Below, in pieces: positions 17,161 to 26,938 of a DNA stretch of 64,000 nucleotides. The stretch comes from an uncultured Prevotellaceae bacterium. GTDB lineage: Bacteria; Bacteroidota; Bacteroidia; Bacteroidales; Muribaculaceae. Location of the stretch: positions 25,254 to 89,253 of the forward strand of contig ONRP01000008.1 in the NCBI GenBank assembly GCA_900320245.1, in the 5' to 3' direction. A program made the position numbers and the translations under genes. Under the pieces are notes generated by a model. It had not been told where the DNA came from, ran no database searches, and saw nothing but the letters and a program-made list of their open reading frames with translations. How positions within the stretch are numbered: position 1 is the first letter of the stretch; every line of letters starts with the position of its first letter.

Positions 17161-17228
17161 AGAAATTCCAATTTTCGTCGGTTTGCCCATTTCCATCTCC
17201 TGTAGTCGCCTTATTTGTTCTTTCGGGT

Positions 17229-19682
17229 TTATTCTGCAGTGATAGTTAAGTTTCCGGACTTTAGGCCGTTGCTGCTGCAACTGAGTTGAAGGGCAGCGGG
17301 AGTATGTCCGCTCTGGATGAGAATCTGTGCCAAGCCGTTGAATGCCGGGATTTGGAATGTGTGGCAGTCCTGTTCATCGGGATGGTCGGGGCCAAGGTAG
17401 GAAGGGTCTCCGTTGCCGACGCCCAAAATGCGGCCGTCACCTTCAAGTGAGCAGGTGAGCATGGGGCAGGCATCAGGAACGATACGTCCCTTGTTGTCCT
17501 GAATCTCAACGGTCACGATGGCTACATCGCGTCCATCGGCGGTGATGAGCCCACGGTCGGTAGTCAGCACAATTTTTGCCGCAGGGTTGGTGGTCTCGAT
17601 CGTTTGTTTCAAGATGCGCTTTCCGTTCTTGTATCCGGTGGCGACGATGCGGCCTGGTTGATAGACGGCTTTCCATTTCAGGTGACCGTTCTTGGGCATC
17701 GCCTGTCGACCCAGCTGCTTGCCGTTCACGGTCAGTTCCACCTCATCACAGTTGCTGTAGGCCCAAATCTCCACTTCTTCGCCCTCATGGCCTTGCAGGT
17801 TCCAGTGCGGGAAGATGTGCAGCACGGGCTCGTCGGTCCACCATGCTTTGAGATAGCTCGCCTCGTCTTTGGGAAATCCGCAATAGTCAAGGATGCCGAA
17901 TTCCGAGTCATGGGCGGGATAAGACAGGGGGTTGGGCTCGCCACGGTAGTCAAAGCCCGTCCAATAGAAGAGACCTGCCGCCCAGGGACGCTCGTCATAG
18001 AATTTCCATCCGCGCTCAATCACGTTCTCCACGCCTGGCTTCGTGCCACGGTTGAGGCTGACCATGTGGCCGGGCTGGTCAGGAGAGTCAAAATAGACGC
18101 CACGCGTGCCGCAGCCGGTGGTTTCCTCGGTGCCCACGATTTTCCATGTGGGGTTGGCTGCCTTACGGTTATCCACATCGTTTTGTGCGATATAGTTGAA
18201 TCCCACCACATCGAGCCCCTTAATCATTTCAGACCCACCAGCATTGGCTATTGTTGAATGGCGGGTGGGATCAAGCAGGCGGGTATATTCACGCATGGCG
18301 GCTGCAATGCGTGTGCCTTGAACGGTATTCTCTATGCCCCACTCCTCGTTGCCGTCGCTCCACAGGACAATCGACGGGTGATTGCGGTCGCGCTTAATCA
18401 TGTTTTCCAGCAGCCTCAGGTGCTCGGTATTGATGCCCGCAAGTCGGTTTTCGTCAATGACGAGGATGCCCTCGCGGTCGCAGATGTCAAGTTGGGCAGG
18501 CGTCATCGGGTTGTGGGATGCACGATAGGCATTGCAGCCCAATTTCTTCAGCTGCTTGATGCGCCACGCCATGAGAGCCTCGGGGATAGCGGCCCCCACG
18601 CCGGCATGGTCCTGATGCATGTTCACGCCCTTGAGTTCAATCTCTTTTCCGTTGAGCAGAAATCCCCGGTCGGTGTCAAACTCCACATCACGGATGCCCG
18701 TTGTGGTCATGTAAACATCGGTCACTTGTCCGTTCACCTTGACGGTCGTTTCCACTTGATACAGATAGGGGTCGGTGGTGCTCCACAAATGCGGGCGGTC
18801 AAGTGTCAGCATTTGCTGGCAGCCGCTGGTCTGTTTGCCTTTCAGGTCAAGTGATGCAACGGTTGTCCTGCCCACTTCGTTGCCTTGAGCATCAAGCAGG
18901 CGGTGTTCTACGGTACACGTTTGAGGTTGCAGCGAGTGATTGTTGACCTCGGTATCCACATGGATGGTCGCCGAGGTGTAAGGGGCCTTGAGGTCGGCGT
19001 AGACAAAGGTGCCGAATGGAGCGACACTGACAGCAGCCGACTTGATGAGCCATGCGTCACGATAGATGCCGGCTCCCTCATAGAACCAGCCTTCCTCGAG
19101 CGTAGCGTCGGCCCGTACACAGACAAGATTCTCACCGCCATAGTTCACATATTCGGTCACATCATACACCTGCGTGGCATAGCCGCTGGGCTCAGTACCC
19201 ATATAGAAGCCGTTGAACCACACGCGGGCATTGCGGAAGATGCCGTCAAACTGCAGGGCAATGTGCTTGCCCAGGTCCGACTCGGGGATGGTGATCACCT
19301 TGCGATACCACCCCACACTCGTTTCGGGATATTGATAACCCACGGTTTTGTAGCCGTGCGAGTGGCTGGCCTTTTGAGCATAGGGCAAGGTAGTCACCCA
19401 ATCGTGCGGAATGCGCACCTCTTGCCATGTAGAGTCGTTAAACTTGATGGAGTAAGGGCCCTCGTTGTGAATCGAGTTGGCCTTGGTCAGATAGTTGAAA
19501 TACTCAGTGCCGCAGCCGTAGTCCCTTGCCGGGTCGGCAGCGTTGCCCAGAGAGAATTTCCAGCCCTCGTCCAGTCGTATGGTCTCACGCACATTCTGCG
19601 CATAGACAGACAGCATTGTACAAAGCATCCAACCCAGTATGGCGAGCTTCATGCCCACATGGTTACCGTTGATATTTTTCAT
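17229..19682 (-). CDS. GH2 glycoside hydrolase (beta-galactosidase/beta-mannosidase-like), secreted
   Basis: 817 aa with NAYRASHNP and WSDGNEEW motifs and a signal peptide. An alternative start is at MKLAILGW (19652). Confidence 0.8.
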   Translation of the reverse strand: MKNINGNHVGMKLAILGWMLCTMLSVYAQNVRETIRLDEGWKFSLGNAADPARDYGCGTEYFNYLTKANSIHNEGPYSIKFNDSTWQEVRIPHDWVTTLPYAQKASHSHGYKTVGYQYPETSVGWYRKVITIPESDLGKHIALQFDGIFRNARVWFNGFYMGTEPSGYATQVYDVTEYVNYGGENLVCVRADATLEEGWFYEGAGIYRDAWLIKSAAVSVAPFGTFVYADLKAPYTSATIHVDTEVNNHSLQPQTCTVEHRLLDAQGNEVGRTTVASLDLKGKQTSGCQQMLTLDRPHLWSTTDPYLYQVETTVKVNGQVTDVYMTTTGIRDVEFDTDRGFLLNGKEIELKGVNMHQDHAGVGAAIPEALMAWRIKQLKKLGCNAYRASHNPMTPAQLDICDREGILVIDENRLAGINTEHLRLLENMIKRDRNHPSIVLWSDGNEEWGIENTVQGTRIAAAMREYTRLLDPTRHSTIANAGGSEMIKGLDVVGFNYIAQNDVDNRKAANPTWKIVGTEETTGCGTRGVYFDSPDQPGHMVSLNRGTKPGVENVIERGWKFYDERPWAAGLFYWTGFDYRGEPNPLSYPAHDSEFGILDYCGFPKDEASYLKAWWTDEPVLHIFPHWNLQGHEGEEVEIWAYSNCDEVELTVNGKQLGRQAMPKNGHLKWKAVYQPGRIVATGYKNGKRILKQTIETTNPAAKIVLTTDRGLITADGRDVAIVTVEIQDNKGRIVPDACPMLTCSLEGDGRILGVGNGDPSYLGPDHPDEQDCHTFQIPAFNGLAQILIQSGHTPAALQLSCSSNGLKSGNLTITAE

Positions 19683-19904
19683 AATTCCTGAATTTGAAGA
19701 TTATTCATTAATCGTAAGCGATGTTGTCCCCTGTCATCATTGGGCGACACTATAGCCAAATTGTTGTAAACAATACCGTTAAAGCATATCTGCTTGTAAG
19801 CACTGCAAAGATACAAAAAATTAGTTTTGCAACATCCTCTGTGTCTTTGCTGTTTTACTTTGCATGTTTCCAGGAAAAAAATTGCTGGAAATCGGTAATT
19901 TGCT

Positions 19905-19912
19905 GTACTTTT
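19905..19912 (+). promoter_or_regulatory. putative -7 box (TACTTTTG) upstream of the first C10 peptidase
   Basis: Matches TAnnTTTG, but lies 132 nt upstream of the ATG, which is a long leader. Confidence 0.3.
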
Positions 19913-20043
19913 GTGGCTTCAATCATTCTATTGCCATTAACCTGCCTCATGTTACTCGACGATGGACTGTACAGGGCCGGATGAGTGACATTAGTTGTAA
20001 TCATGAATTAACCATCATTAATGATACCAAAAAAACAGCGTAA

Positions 20044-22422
20044 ATGAAGAGATTTTTATTTGTTGTCGCTATAGTGTTAACGGCTTTACAGATGTCGGCG
20101 GTCAATGTGGACCTGGCTCATGCCACCGCCATTGCAAAGCGTTGCATTAACGCGAAAGCAACAGTGTTGCAGAACACTTCAACCAACAGCCTGAAGCTGA
20201 TTCACACCGAGGTGAATTCATCTAACGCGATTCAGGCAACTTACTACATTTTCAATTATGACAAGGGCTTCATCATCGTCTCGGGCGATGACCGGGCGCA
20301 TCAGATTCTGGCTCACGGCGACCGTCCCCTGGACCTGAAGCGCATGCCCGAGAACATGAAATTCTGGCTGAGCACCTATAAAAAACAGATAGAATATCTT
20401 CAGGCTCATCCCGGCATGGTGGTTGATTCTCCCAGCCTTAACAGGAGTTTGAGAACCCCCGACGTGGCCCCGTTGCTCACGGCCGAGTGGGATCAGATGG
20501 ATCCCTATTGTTTCCATTGTCCAAAATACGACGGCGTGTATTGCCTGACGGGGTGCTCTGCCACCTCGCTGTCGATGGTGTTCTATTACTGGAAATACCC
20601 CTTTGACCTAACGCCCGAAGTCGAGGGTTATTTCTGCAGCAGTTGCGAAAGCAACATTCCCGCATTGCCGCCTACCATCTTTGACTGGGACAACATGCTT
20701 GACAGATATACCGGCTATTACACCCCCGAACAGGCCGATGCCGTAGCATGGCTCATGCGCTACATTGGCCAGGCGGAACACATGTACTACACGCCCTATG
20801 CCAGTGCTGCCACGAGCGATGACATCCTGCGTGCTGTCGAGTTCTTCGGCTACGACGAGGAGATGGCCCATCTGGAGCACAAAACCCTCTTCGATGAAAA
20901 TGGTAACGACACGGCTACCTGTTACACCGACGAGGAGTGGGCCGTCATGTTGCAGAACGAGCTTGCCGAGGGCCGCCCAGTGGTGTATTGTGCAGGTGCT
21001 CGTGAGTCCGCGGTCGGGTATGTCCGTTGGTATAACCATGCTTTTAATGTTGACGGTTATTCGGCCACCGACGACACCTATCATGTGAACTGGGGCTGGA
21101 GTGGAAACGGAAATGGTAATTTCGCACTCAATGCGTTCTCCAACGAAGGCCGTATCTTCCATTTCATGCAACAGATGATCATGGGTATTCAGCCCCCTGC
21201 CTCTGGCCCGTCCATTAGGGTGAATCATTTGAAAATGGACATGAGAGCAATTGTCGGTGACACAGCGACAGCCACTTTCACCGTCAAGGGCATGGAACTC
21301 ACTAACCCTGTGACGCTTGTACTCAACGACGAGAGCGGAGCGTTCTCGATCGACGCTACAAGTGTCGCTACCAGTGATCTGGAGAACGGCAAGGTCATCA
21401 CCGTGACCTATGCACCTCAGACCAACGGTATCCACAACGCAACCATCACTTTGAGCTGCCCCGATGCCAAGGACAAGACAATCACCATCAATGGCACTGC
21501 AGACCTTGAGACCTATATGCCTCATCTGCTGCCTGCCGACAGCACGTTCATCAATCTGACGCAATTCCGTGCCGACTGGACCGATGAGACCCCGCGCGAG
21601 AACGTGGAGAGCTACACGCTCGAGGTGTCGACATGGCATGCTGTCGAGTTGCTTGACACCATTGACGGCAGCATCTACACCGACGACAACTACGACAGCA
21701 TCACGCTCTCTGACCCCTGGAGCGGTAACAATGTGTATGCGGGCTACAGAACGATATGCATCATCAATGATGACGACAACGATGGTTATATCGCATTCAC
21801 TGTTCCAAGCGGCTACCCCGTTGGTATCTTCACGGTGCAGATTACCACGGGCGATGAGGAGGAATATGGACATGGCAACATCTCGGTCGGCTCCCAGCAG
21901 ACTGCGCCTGTTGGCCACCAGTTCAATCCTGGTGAGACTTATACATGGCTTGTGACTGCCAGCGAGGGTGAGATGATCAAAATCACCTCGACCGATGACA
22001 ATGGCTCGCCCGACATGAGCATGATCAAGGTTTATTACGGTAATGTGAACGAACTGAACTCGTTCAGTTCCAACAATGACAATACCTATTATCGCCTCAT
22101 CACGGGCATCAATGGCATGTTCTATACGGTCAAGGATCTTACTGAGGCAGGCTCATACTATTACAGGGTGAAGGCGCTCTATACCGATGGCACTCAGAGC
22201 GATTGGAGCAATTCTCAGCTGGTGACCCTCTTCGATAACGGTCATGCCCATAAGCCAGGTGACGTCAACGCCGATGGCGAGGTGAGCATTGCCGACGTCA
22301 ATGCCGTCATCGACATCATCCTCACCGGGATTGATGTCTCAGGCTTGGGTGACGTCAATAGGGACGGTGAAATCAACATCGCCGACATCAACGCCGTCAT
22401 CGACATCTTGCTGGCCAGCTGA
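20044..22422 (+). CDS. C10 family (streptopain-like) cysteine peptidase with propeptide/inhibitor domain, Ig-like region and C-terminal dockerin-like pair
   Basis: Signal peptide, Cys motif LTGCSATS, His motif HAFNVDGY, then HVNWGWSG. The C-terminus is GDVNADGEVSIADVNAVIDIIL...GDVNRDGEINIADINAVIDILL. Confidence 0.85.
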   Translation: MKRFLFVVAIVLTALQMSAVNVDLAHATAIAKRCINAKATVLQNTSTNSLKLIHTEVNSSNAIQATYYIFNYDKGFIIVSGDDRAHQILAHGDRPLDLKRMPENMKFWLSTYKKQIEYLQAHPGMVVDSPSLNRSLRTPDVAPLLTAEWDQMDPYCFHCPKYDGVYCLTGCSATSLSMVFYYWKYPFDLTPEVEGYFCSSCESNIPALPPTIFDWDNMLDRYTGYYTPEQADAVAWLMRYIGQAEHMYYTPYASAATSDDILRAVEFFGYDEEMAHLEHKTLFDENGNDTATCYTDEEWAVMLQNELAEGRPVVYCAGARESAVGYVRWYNHAFNVDGYSATDDTYHVNWGWSGNGNGNFALNAFSNEGRIFHFMQQMIMGIQPPASGPSIRVNHLKMDMRAIVGDTATATFTVKGMELTNPVTLVLNDESGAFSIDATSVATSDLENGKVITVTYAPQTNGIHNATITLSCPDAKDKTITINGTADLETYMPHLLPADSTFINLTQFRADWTDETPRENVESYTLEVSTWHAVELLDTIDGSIYTDDNYDSITLSDPWSGNNVYAGYRTICIINDDDNDGYIAFTVPSGYPVGIFTVQITTGDEEEYGHGNISVGSQQTAPVGHQFNPGETYTWLVTASEGEMIKITSTDDNGSPDMSMIKVYYGNVNELNSFSSNNDNTYYRLITGINGMFYTVKDLTEAGSYYYRVKALYTDGTQSDWSNSQLVTLFDNGHAHKPGDVNADGEVSIADVNAVIDIILTGIDVSGLGDVNRDGEINIADINAVIDILLAS

Positions 22423-22486
22423 CCACGGTACATCAACGCGGTTAGCGCCACGGCACACCGGTAAAAATGAGAGGGTGTGTCAAAAT

Positions 22487-22532
22487 GAAGTGGATTCCAA
22501 AAGTTTTTTGTCCAACTTTTGGGGTCCACTTC
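22487..22532 (+). terminator. 19-bp-stem hairpin downstream of the first C10 gene, with no clear U-tract
   Basis: gaagtggattccaaaagtt / aacttttggggtccacttc, with 2 mismatches. Confidence 0.35.
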
Positions 22533-22680
22533 AAAATTCAACCGCTATAAAACTGCCCTGCAGGCGGGAACCTTTAGTTCGGCAAAGCCAAATTAATCAA
22601 ATTAATTAGAATTTATATGATATTTTTATCTGAGGTTTAAAGAAATTTGTTATTTTTTGCGCTAAATTAAAGAAAAAATG

Positions 22681-22688
22681 TAATTTTG
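22681..22688 (+). promoter_or_regulatory. putative -7 box (TAATTTTG) for the second C10 peptidase
   Basis: Matches TAnnTTTG, 41 nt upstream of the ATG at 22729. Confidence 0.5.
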
Positions 22689-22728
22689 CGCTACGATTTT
22701 CATTAAACCCAATAAACATAATAAACAA

Positions 22729-25700
22729 ATGAAAAGGACATCTTTACTATTCTTCTGCATGCTGGCTGCATTGATGATGACAGCCACACAGTTCTCAAAG
22801 GAACAGGCAAAACAGACTGCAAAACAGTTTGTTGAACAAAAGGTCGGCAAAAATGTCTCGATCAGTGAGATTAAAGCGCTGCCTATCGAGCAATCACAGT
22901 CATATGCAACGAGCAATGACTATGAAACGATGGCCTATGCTGTAAACTTGGACAATAATGAAGGCTTTGTGCTCGTCGTTGGTAATGACCAGAGCCATGA
23001 CATCCTCGGCTATTGTGACCACGGCACCTTCAACGAGCAGCAGATGCCGCCCAACATGCGCTCGTGGCTTAAAAGCTACATGGCATGCGCCGCTGCTGTC
23101 AAGGATTTGAATACCTCTCGCTCACTTCGCACTGCACCGGGTGTCCCGACCAAGACCCGCATTGCGCCTTTGCTCAAGTGCCAGTGGAACCAAGATGCTC
23201 CTTACAATGGCCTGTGCCCGGTGATTGACGACAAGCATTGCGCCACTGGTTGCACCAACACGGCAATGGCCCAGGTGATGTTCTACCACCAGTGGCCCAC
23301 GGGGCCGACAGCTGCCATCCCCGGCTATACCCCCGACAACAGCAGCGGCACCAGCTATCCCACTTTGCCGGCCCTTGAGCCCACAACCTTTGACTGGAGT
23401 AAGATTTATCCTACCTACAATCATGGCGAAGACGGCACCGAGGTTGCCCGTTTGCTCCAGTATTTGGGCACGGCATCACGCACTGATTATGGTGAATCAA
23501 GTAGCGCAACAGGCTATAATGCACTGCAAGCCATTATCAAGTATTTTGGTTACGATGCCAGTGCAACCACTGTGTGGCGCTGCCAGCGCTCCTACCAAGA
23601 GTGGATCGATATGCTCTATGCCGAACTTGAGGCGAAGCGCCCGGTGATGTTCAGCGGCACCGCGATAGATGGGGCACACTCGTTTGTCGTTGACGGATAT
23701 GCCGAAGAGGACTACTTCCATGTGAACTGGGGATGGGGCGGCTTTAGCGACGGCTATTACCGGGTGCTGCTCATGGATCCTAATGAGCAGGGCATCGGTG
23801 GCAGCCCGAACAATGAGAAATACTCCATCGACCAGGTCGCATTCTTTGGAGTAAAACCCAATGGGGGTGGTGCAGCAACGCCTCCCAGGCTGGCTGTGCT
23901 GAAAAACTGGCTGTGGTATGATGCTCAGGGCAACAGTTCCTTTGACGGTCAATCTCAGGAAACCACCAGTCCCTACTTCGATAATTCAGGCTATCTTGTC
24001 TATATCGGTATGCGAAGCCATTATTTTAATACAGTAACCGGCGACTTTGATCTTGGATGCAGGCTTGTAAAAGATGACGGAAGTGTGACAATGGATTATC
24101 CGTGGGAGCAATCGGCCAATTTCATCCCAAACTCTGGTTATTATGACCATAAAAAGGACCTGTACATCGATCCTGTTGCCGATTCCAGAATTACCGATGG
24201 AGACTACAAGATGTATTTCATCAGCAAGCTGAAGACCTCCGATACATGGCAGCTGAATGAAGGCAGTGAGAATCATTACATGCTGATCCATCTGGACCAT
24301 GCCCACAATACGCTCACAGCCAAGGCCGTGTCGGACGAGGCGGAACTGAGCGTGGAGGAAGTGAAATTCCAGACCCCTACTCCCATGGTGGGAAAACTTC
24401 TCGAACTAACGGTCACAATAAAGAACAATAGCCCCATTGCCTATCATGGTGACTTGGGTATAAGCAAAAAAGAGGGAGGATGGCTTGATGCCAAAGGCTG
24501 TGACGTGGAACCAGGGCAAAGCATTGAACTCAACCTGTCGTTCAAGCCCCAAAAAGCGGGTGAATTAAGCTACTGCATACAAGACAGAATCAATACGCTG
24601 TATACTGGAACCATCACCGTTGCCGAGAACAACCAGAACAGCAACTGCGACCTCACCATCACACACCAGATCACCAATGCCGTAGGCACCGAGATTCCCG
24701 CTCCCAAGGCAAAGCTTGACCTCACGGTCACCAACAACAGCGACCATGATTACTATGGGGGAATCTACATCTTCTGCTACAAGTACAACGGTGACGAGGT
24801 CAATATGGTGCATGAAGTCGCCCTCGAGTCTGTCCCGGCCAACCAGACTGTGGTGCTGCACCGCGAGTCGCCCTATCTCACTGGAGGCGAACGCTACCGC
24901 TTCTCTACCATGTACATCAAGAATGGAGCCGAAATAAAACAAGACATACCGGAGGTTTACTACACGGCTGTGCCTTACTACTATTCCTACGACGCCGAGG
25001 GCAAGGAAAGCACCAAACGCGCTACTGCCGTTTTGCAGCCCGACGCAACGGAGTGTGCAATCGACCTTTCTTTAGCTCCCGAGGTGACAAAGGTCATCAC
25101 AAGCGCCAATCCCAACCTGATCATCATTGCCTCTGAAGACAGCCCCCTCACTGGCGACAACATCGTCAAGAACAAGCAGGCCCAGAGCATCAAGCTCAGC
25201 GACGAGCATCCATTCTTCGCACCATTTAATTTCAACGCTCAACACATCAGCTACACGCGTACTCCCGAGCGATATTTCGACATCAGGAACGACAAGGGAT
25301 GGACCACTTTGATCCTCCCGTTTGCCGCGACAAGTTGCCAAGCAACCATCAACGGCGTTGTCACGCCGCTCCGGTGGTACACCGACAACACCGATGGCGA
25401 GTTGATGGTCGCTACTTTCAAGTATGAAAACGGCAACGAGCTGTTTTTTGGCTTTCCCGAAACCACATTGAACTCTTCCCATCCCTATCTGCTGGGTGTT
25501 CCGGCGACATTGGATGAAAACAGGTCGCTCGTCAACGTCCCCATCACATTCAGCGCCGACAATGTGGAAGTAGCCATCGACTACTCGTCTGTTACGGGAC
25601 GGGACTATAAGATGAGAGGCACCTTGTCGCCCATCAGGGACGAGAAAGAAATTTATGTCCTCAATACCGAGGGTTCAGCCTTCGTGCTCGGCACCCACTC

Positions 25701-25917
25701 AGTAAGCCCGTTCCACGCCTACTGTATGCCCATAACCCCTCTGAATCCTGCCGACCAGTTGACGATTAGATTAACCTTTGATACCGGCATCAGCGAGATT
25801 TTGGACAATGAGACCATCAACCTGCAAGGTCCATATTACAACATCAATGGACAGCGTGTGTCGAAGCCTGGTAAGGGCATCTACATTGTCAACGGAAAGA
25901 AGGTTATTTTGATGTAA
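22729..25917 (+). CDS. C10 family cysteine peptidase with a T9SS-type C-terminal sorting domain
   Basis: Cys motif ATGCTNTAMAQ, His motif GAHSFVVDGY, then HVNWGWGG. The C-terminus ..GPYYNINGQRVSKPGKGIYIVNGKKVILM is typical of Por secretion tails. Confidence 0.85.
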   Translation: MKRTSLLFFCMLAALMMTATQFSKEQAKQTAKQFVEQKVGKNVSISEIKALPIEQSQSYATSNDYETMAYAVNLDNNEGFVLVVGNDQSHDILGYCDHGTFNEQQMPPNMRSWLKSYMACAAAVKDLNTSRSLRTAPGVPTKTRIAPLLKCQWNQDAPYNGLCPVIDDKHCATGCTNTAMAQVMFYHQWPTGPTAAIPGYTPDNSSGTSYPTLPALEPTTFDWSKIYPTYNHGEDGTEVARLLQYLGTASRTDYGESSSATGYNALQAIIKYFGYDASATTVWRCQRSYQEWIDMLYAELEAKRPVMFSGTAIDGAHSFVVDGYAEEDYFHVNWGWGGFSDGYYRVLLMDPNEQGIGGSPNNEKYSIDQVAFFGVKPNGGGAATPPRLAVLKNWLWYDAQGNSSFDGQSQETTSPYFDNSGYLVYIGMRSHYFNTVTGDFDLGCRLVKDDGSVTMDYPWEQSANFIPNSGYYDHKKDLYIDPVADSRITDGDYKMYFISKLKTSDTWQLNEGSENHYMLIHLDHAHNTLTAKAVSDEAELSVEEVKFQTPTPMVGKLLELTVTIKNNSPIAYHGDLGISKKEGGWLDAKGCDVEPGQSIELNLSFKPQKAGELSYCIQDRINTLYTGTITVAENNQNSNCDLTITHQITNAVGTEIPAPKAKLDLTVTNNSDHDYYGGIYIFCYKYNGDEVNMVHEVALESVPANQTVVLHRESPYLTGGERYRFSTMYIKNGAEIKQDIPEVYYTAVPYYYSYDAEGKESTKRATAVLQPDATECAIDLSLAPEVTKVITSANPNLIIIASEDSPLTGDNIVKNKQAQSIKLSDEHPFFAPFNFNAQHISYTRTPERYFDIRNDKGWTTLILPFAATSCQATINGVVTPLRWYTDNTDGELMVATFKYENGNELFFGFPETTLNSSHPYLLGVPATLDENRSLVNVPITFSADNVEVAIDYSSVTGRDYKMRGTLSPIRDEKEIYVLNTEGSAFVLGTHSVSPFHAYCMPITPLNPADQLTIRLTFDTGISEILDNETINLQGPYYNINGQRVSKPGKGIYIVNGKKVILM

Positions 25918-25946
25918 CCGACAGATATAGCTAAATGCTTTTATGA

Positions 25947-25980
25947 AGTGCGCTGCGATTGATTCGCAGCGCATTTCTCT
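25947..25980 (+). terminator. intrinsic terminator between the convergent C10 and HAD genes
   Basis: Stem tgcgctgcga / tcgcagcgca followed by tttctctt. Confidence 0.6.
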
Positions 25981-26041
25981 TAAACCCCAATCTGACATAA
26001 GACCGACGGGATGTCGGTTGTTGATGCTGTCGTGAGGGCAC

Positions 26042-26680
26042 TTATTGTTGATGATTGAGGCGGGAGATAAGGTTTTCGAGCATCTCGTGCCAGTCGGCGC
26101 CATTATCGGGTTGCAACACATGGATGCCCAGGGCTGCTGCCGCTTCAACGTTGTGGGCGCTATCATCAATGAAAACAGTTTCTTCGGGCTTGGCATTTTC
26201 TCCCTGTAGCATCATCTCAAAGATGCGCCTCTCAGGCTTCATGAGGCGCATTTCATAACTAAGGTATAACGCGTCAAAATAGTAGTCTATGCCATGTCCC
26301 CTGCCATCAAAAGCACTGCTGCGCGCCCATTGCATCATAAAAGGGTTGGTATTGCTCAATAAACTCAATCTGAAACCTCGTTGGCGCAGTTCTATGAGTT
26401 TGTCGAGGTTGCGTTGCGGTAGGTTCACCACATATCCCTGCCAACCGTAAGCGCAATCTTCCAGTGTGAGTTGTTTTCCTGCCAGTTCGCTCAATTGCAA
26501 ACGGAACTGCTCAGCAGTAATCTTGCCGCTCTCTAAATCTCCAAAGATACCGACTTGTGCAAAAGAGTCAAGGTAGGAGGCGGCATCCTCAAATCCCACC
26601 TCATTAAAGCGCTTAACAGCCTGGTTTTTATCTATTTTAAAGACAACACCGCCTAAATCAAAGACTATATTCTTTATCAT
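26042..26680 (-). CDS. HAD-superfamily hydrolase (subfamily IA)
   Basis: Motif I FDLGGVV lies directly after the Met at 26680. The longer listed ORF, extending to 26791, adds a non-homologous extension. Confidence 0.75.
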   Translation of the reverse strand: MIKNIVFDLGGVVFKIDKNQAVKRFNEVGFEDAASYLDSFAQVGIFGDLESGKITAEQFRLQLSELAGKQLTLEDCAYGWQGYVVNLPQRNLDKLIELRQRGFRLSLLSNTNPFMMQWARSSAFDGRGHGIDYYFDALYLSYEMRLMKPERRIFEMMLQGENAKPEETVFIDDSAHNVEAAAALGIHVLQPDNGADWHEMLENLISRLNHQQ

Positions 26681-26830
26681 AATATGCAACCCATTTTGCT
26701 GCAAAGGTAGCGATTTTTTTGCTAAACGCCCACGTTCTCCAGGATTTGGACATAATTGGCAGTACGTTAATGGGATGCTCAACATCGGCATCTTCGTTCA
26801 TGCTGCTCAACTTTACGGAGGATTGAGTCT

Positions 26831-26891
26831 ATTGCTCTCGCTCTGCAATATTCAAACAGGTTTGAAATTGCGCTCATTTAATCGCTGATTT
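26831..26891. repeat. conserved hairpin element, copy 1
   Basis: gcaatattcaaac-ag-gtttgaaattgc followed by ..ttaatcgctgattt. It aligns to the copies at 28870, 30268 and 63122. Confidence 0.75.
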
Positions 26892-26904
26892 GGGAAATTA
26901 GTGT

Positions 26905-26912
26905 TAATTTTG
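26905..26912 (+). promoter_or_regulatory. putative -7 box (TAATTTTG) for the AtoE-like transporter
   Basis: Matches TAnnTTTG, 27 nt upstream of the ATG. Confidence 0.5.
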
Positions 26913-26938
26913 CGGGTTCAAATCAAAAAAGAAGACTT

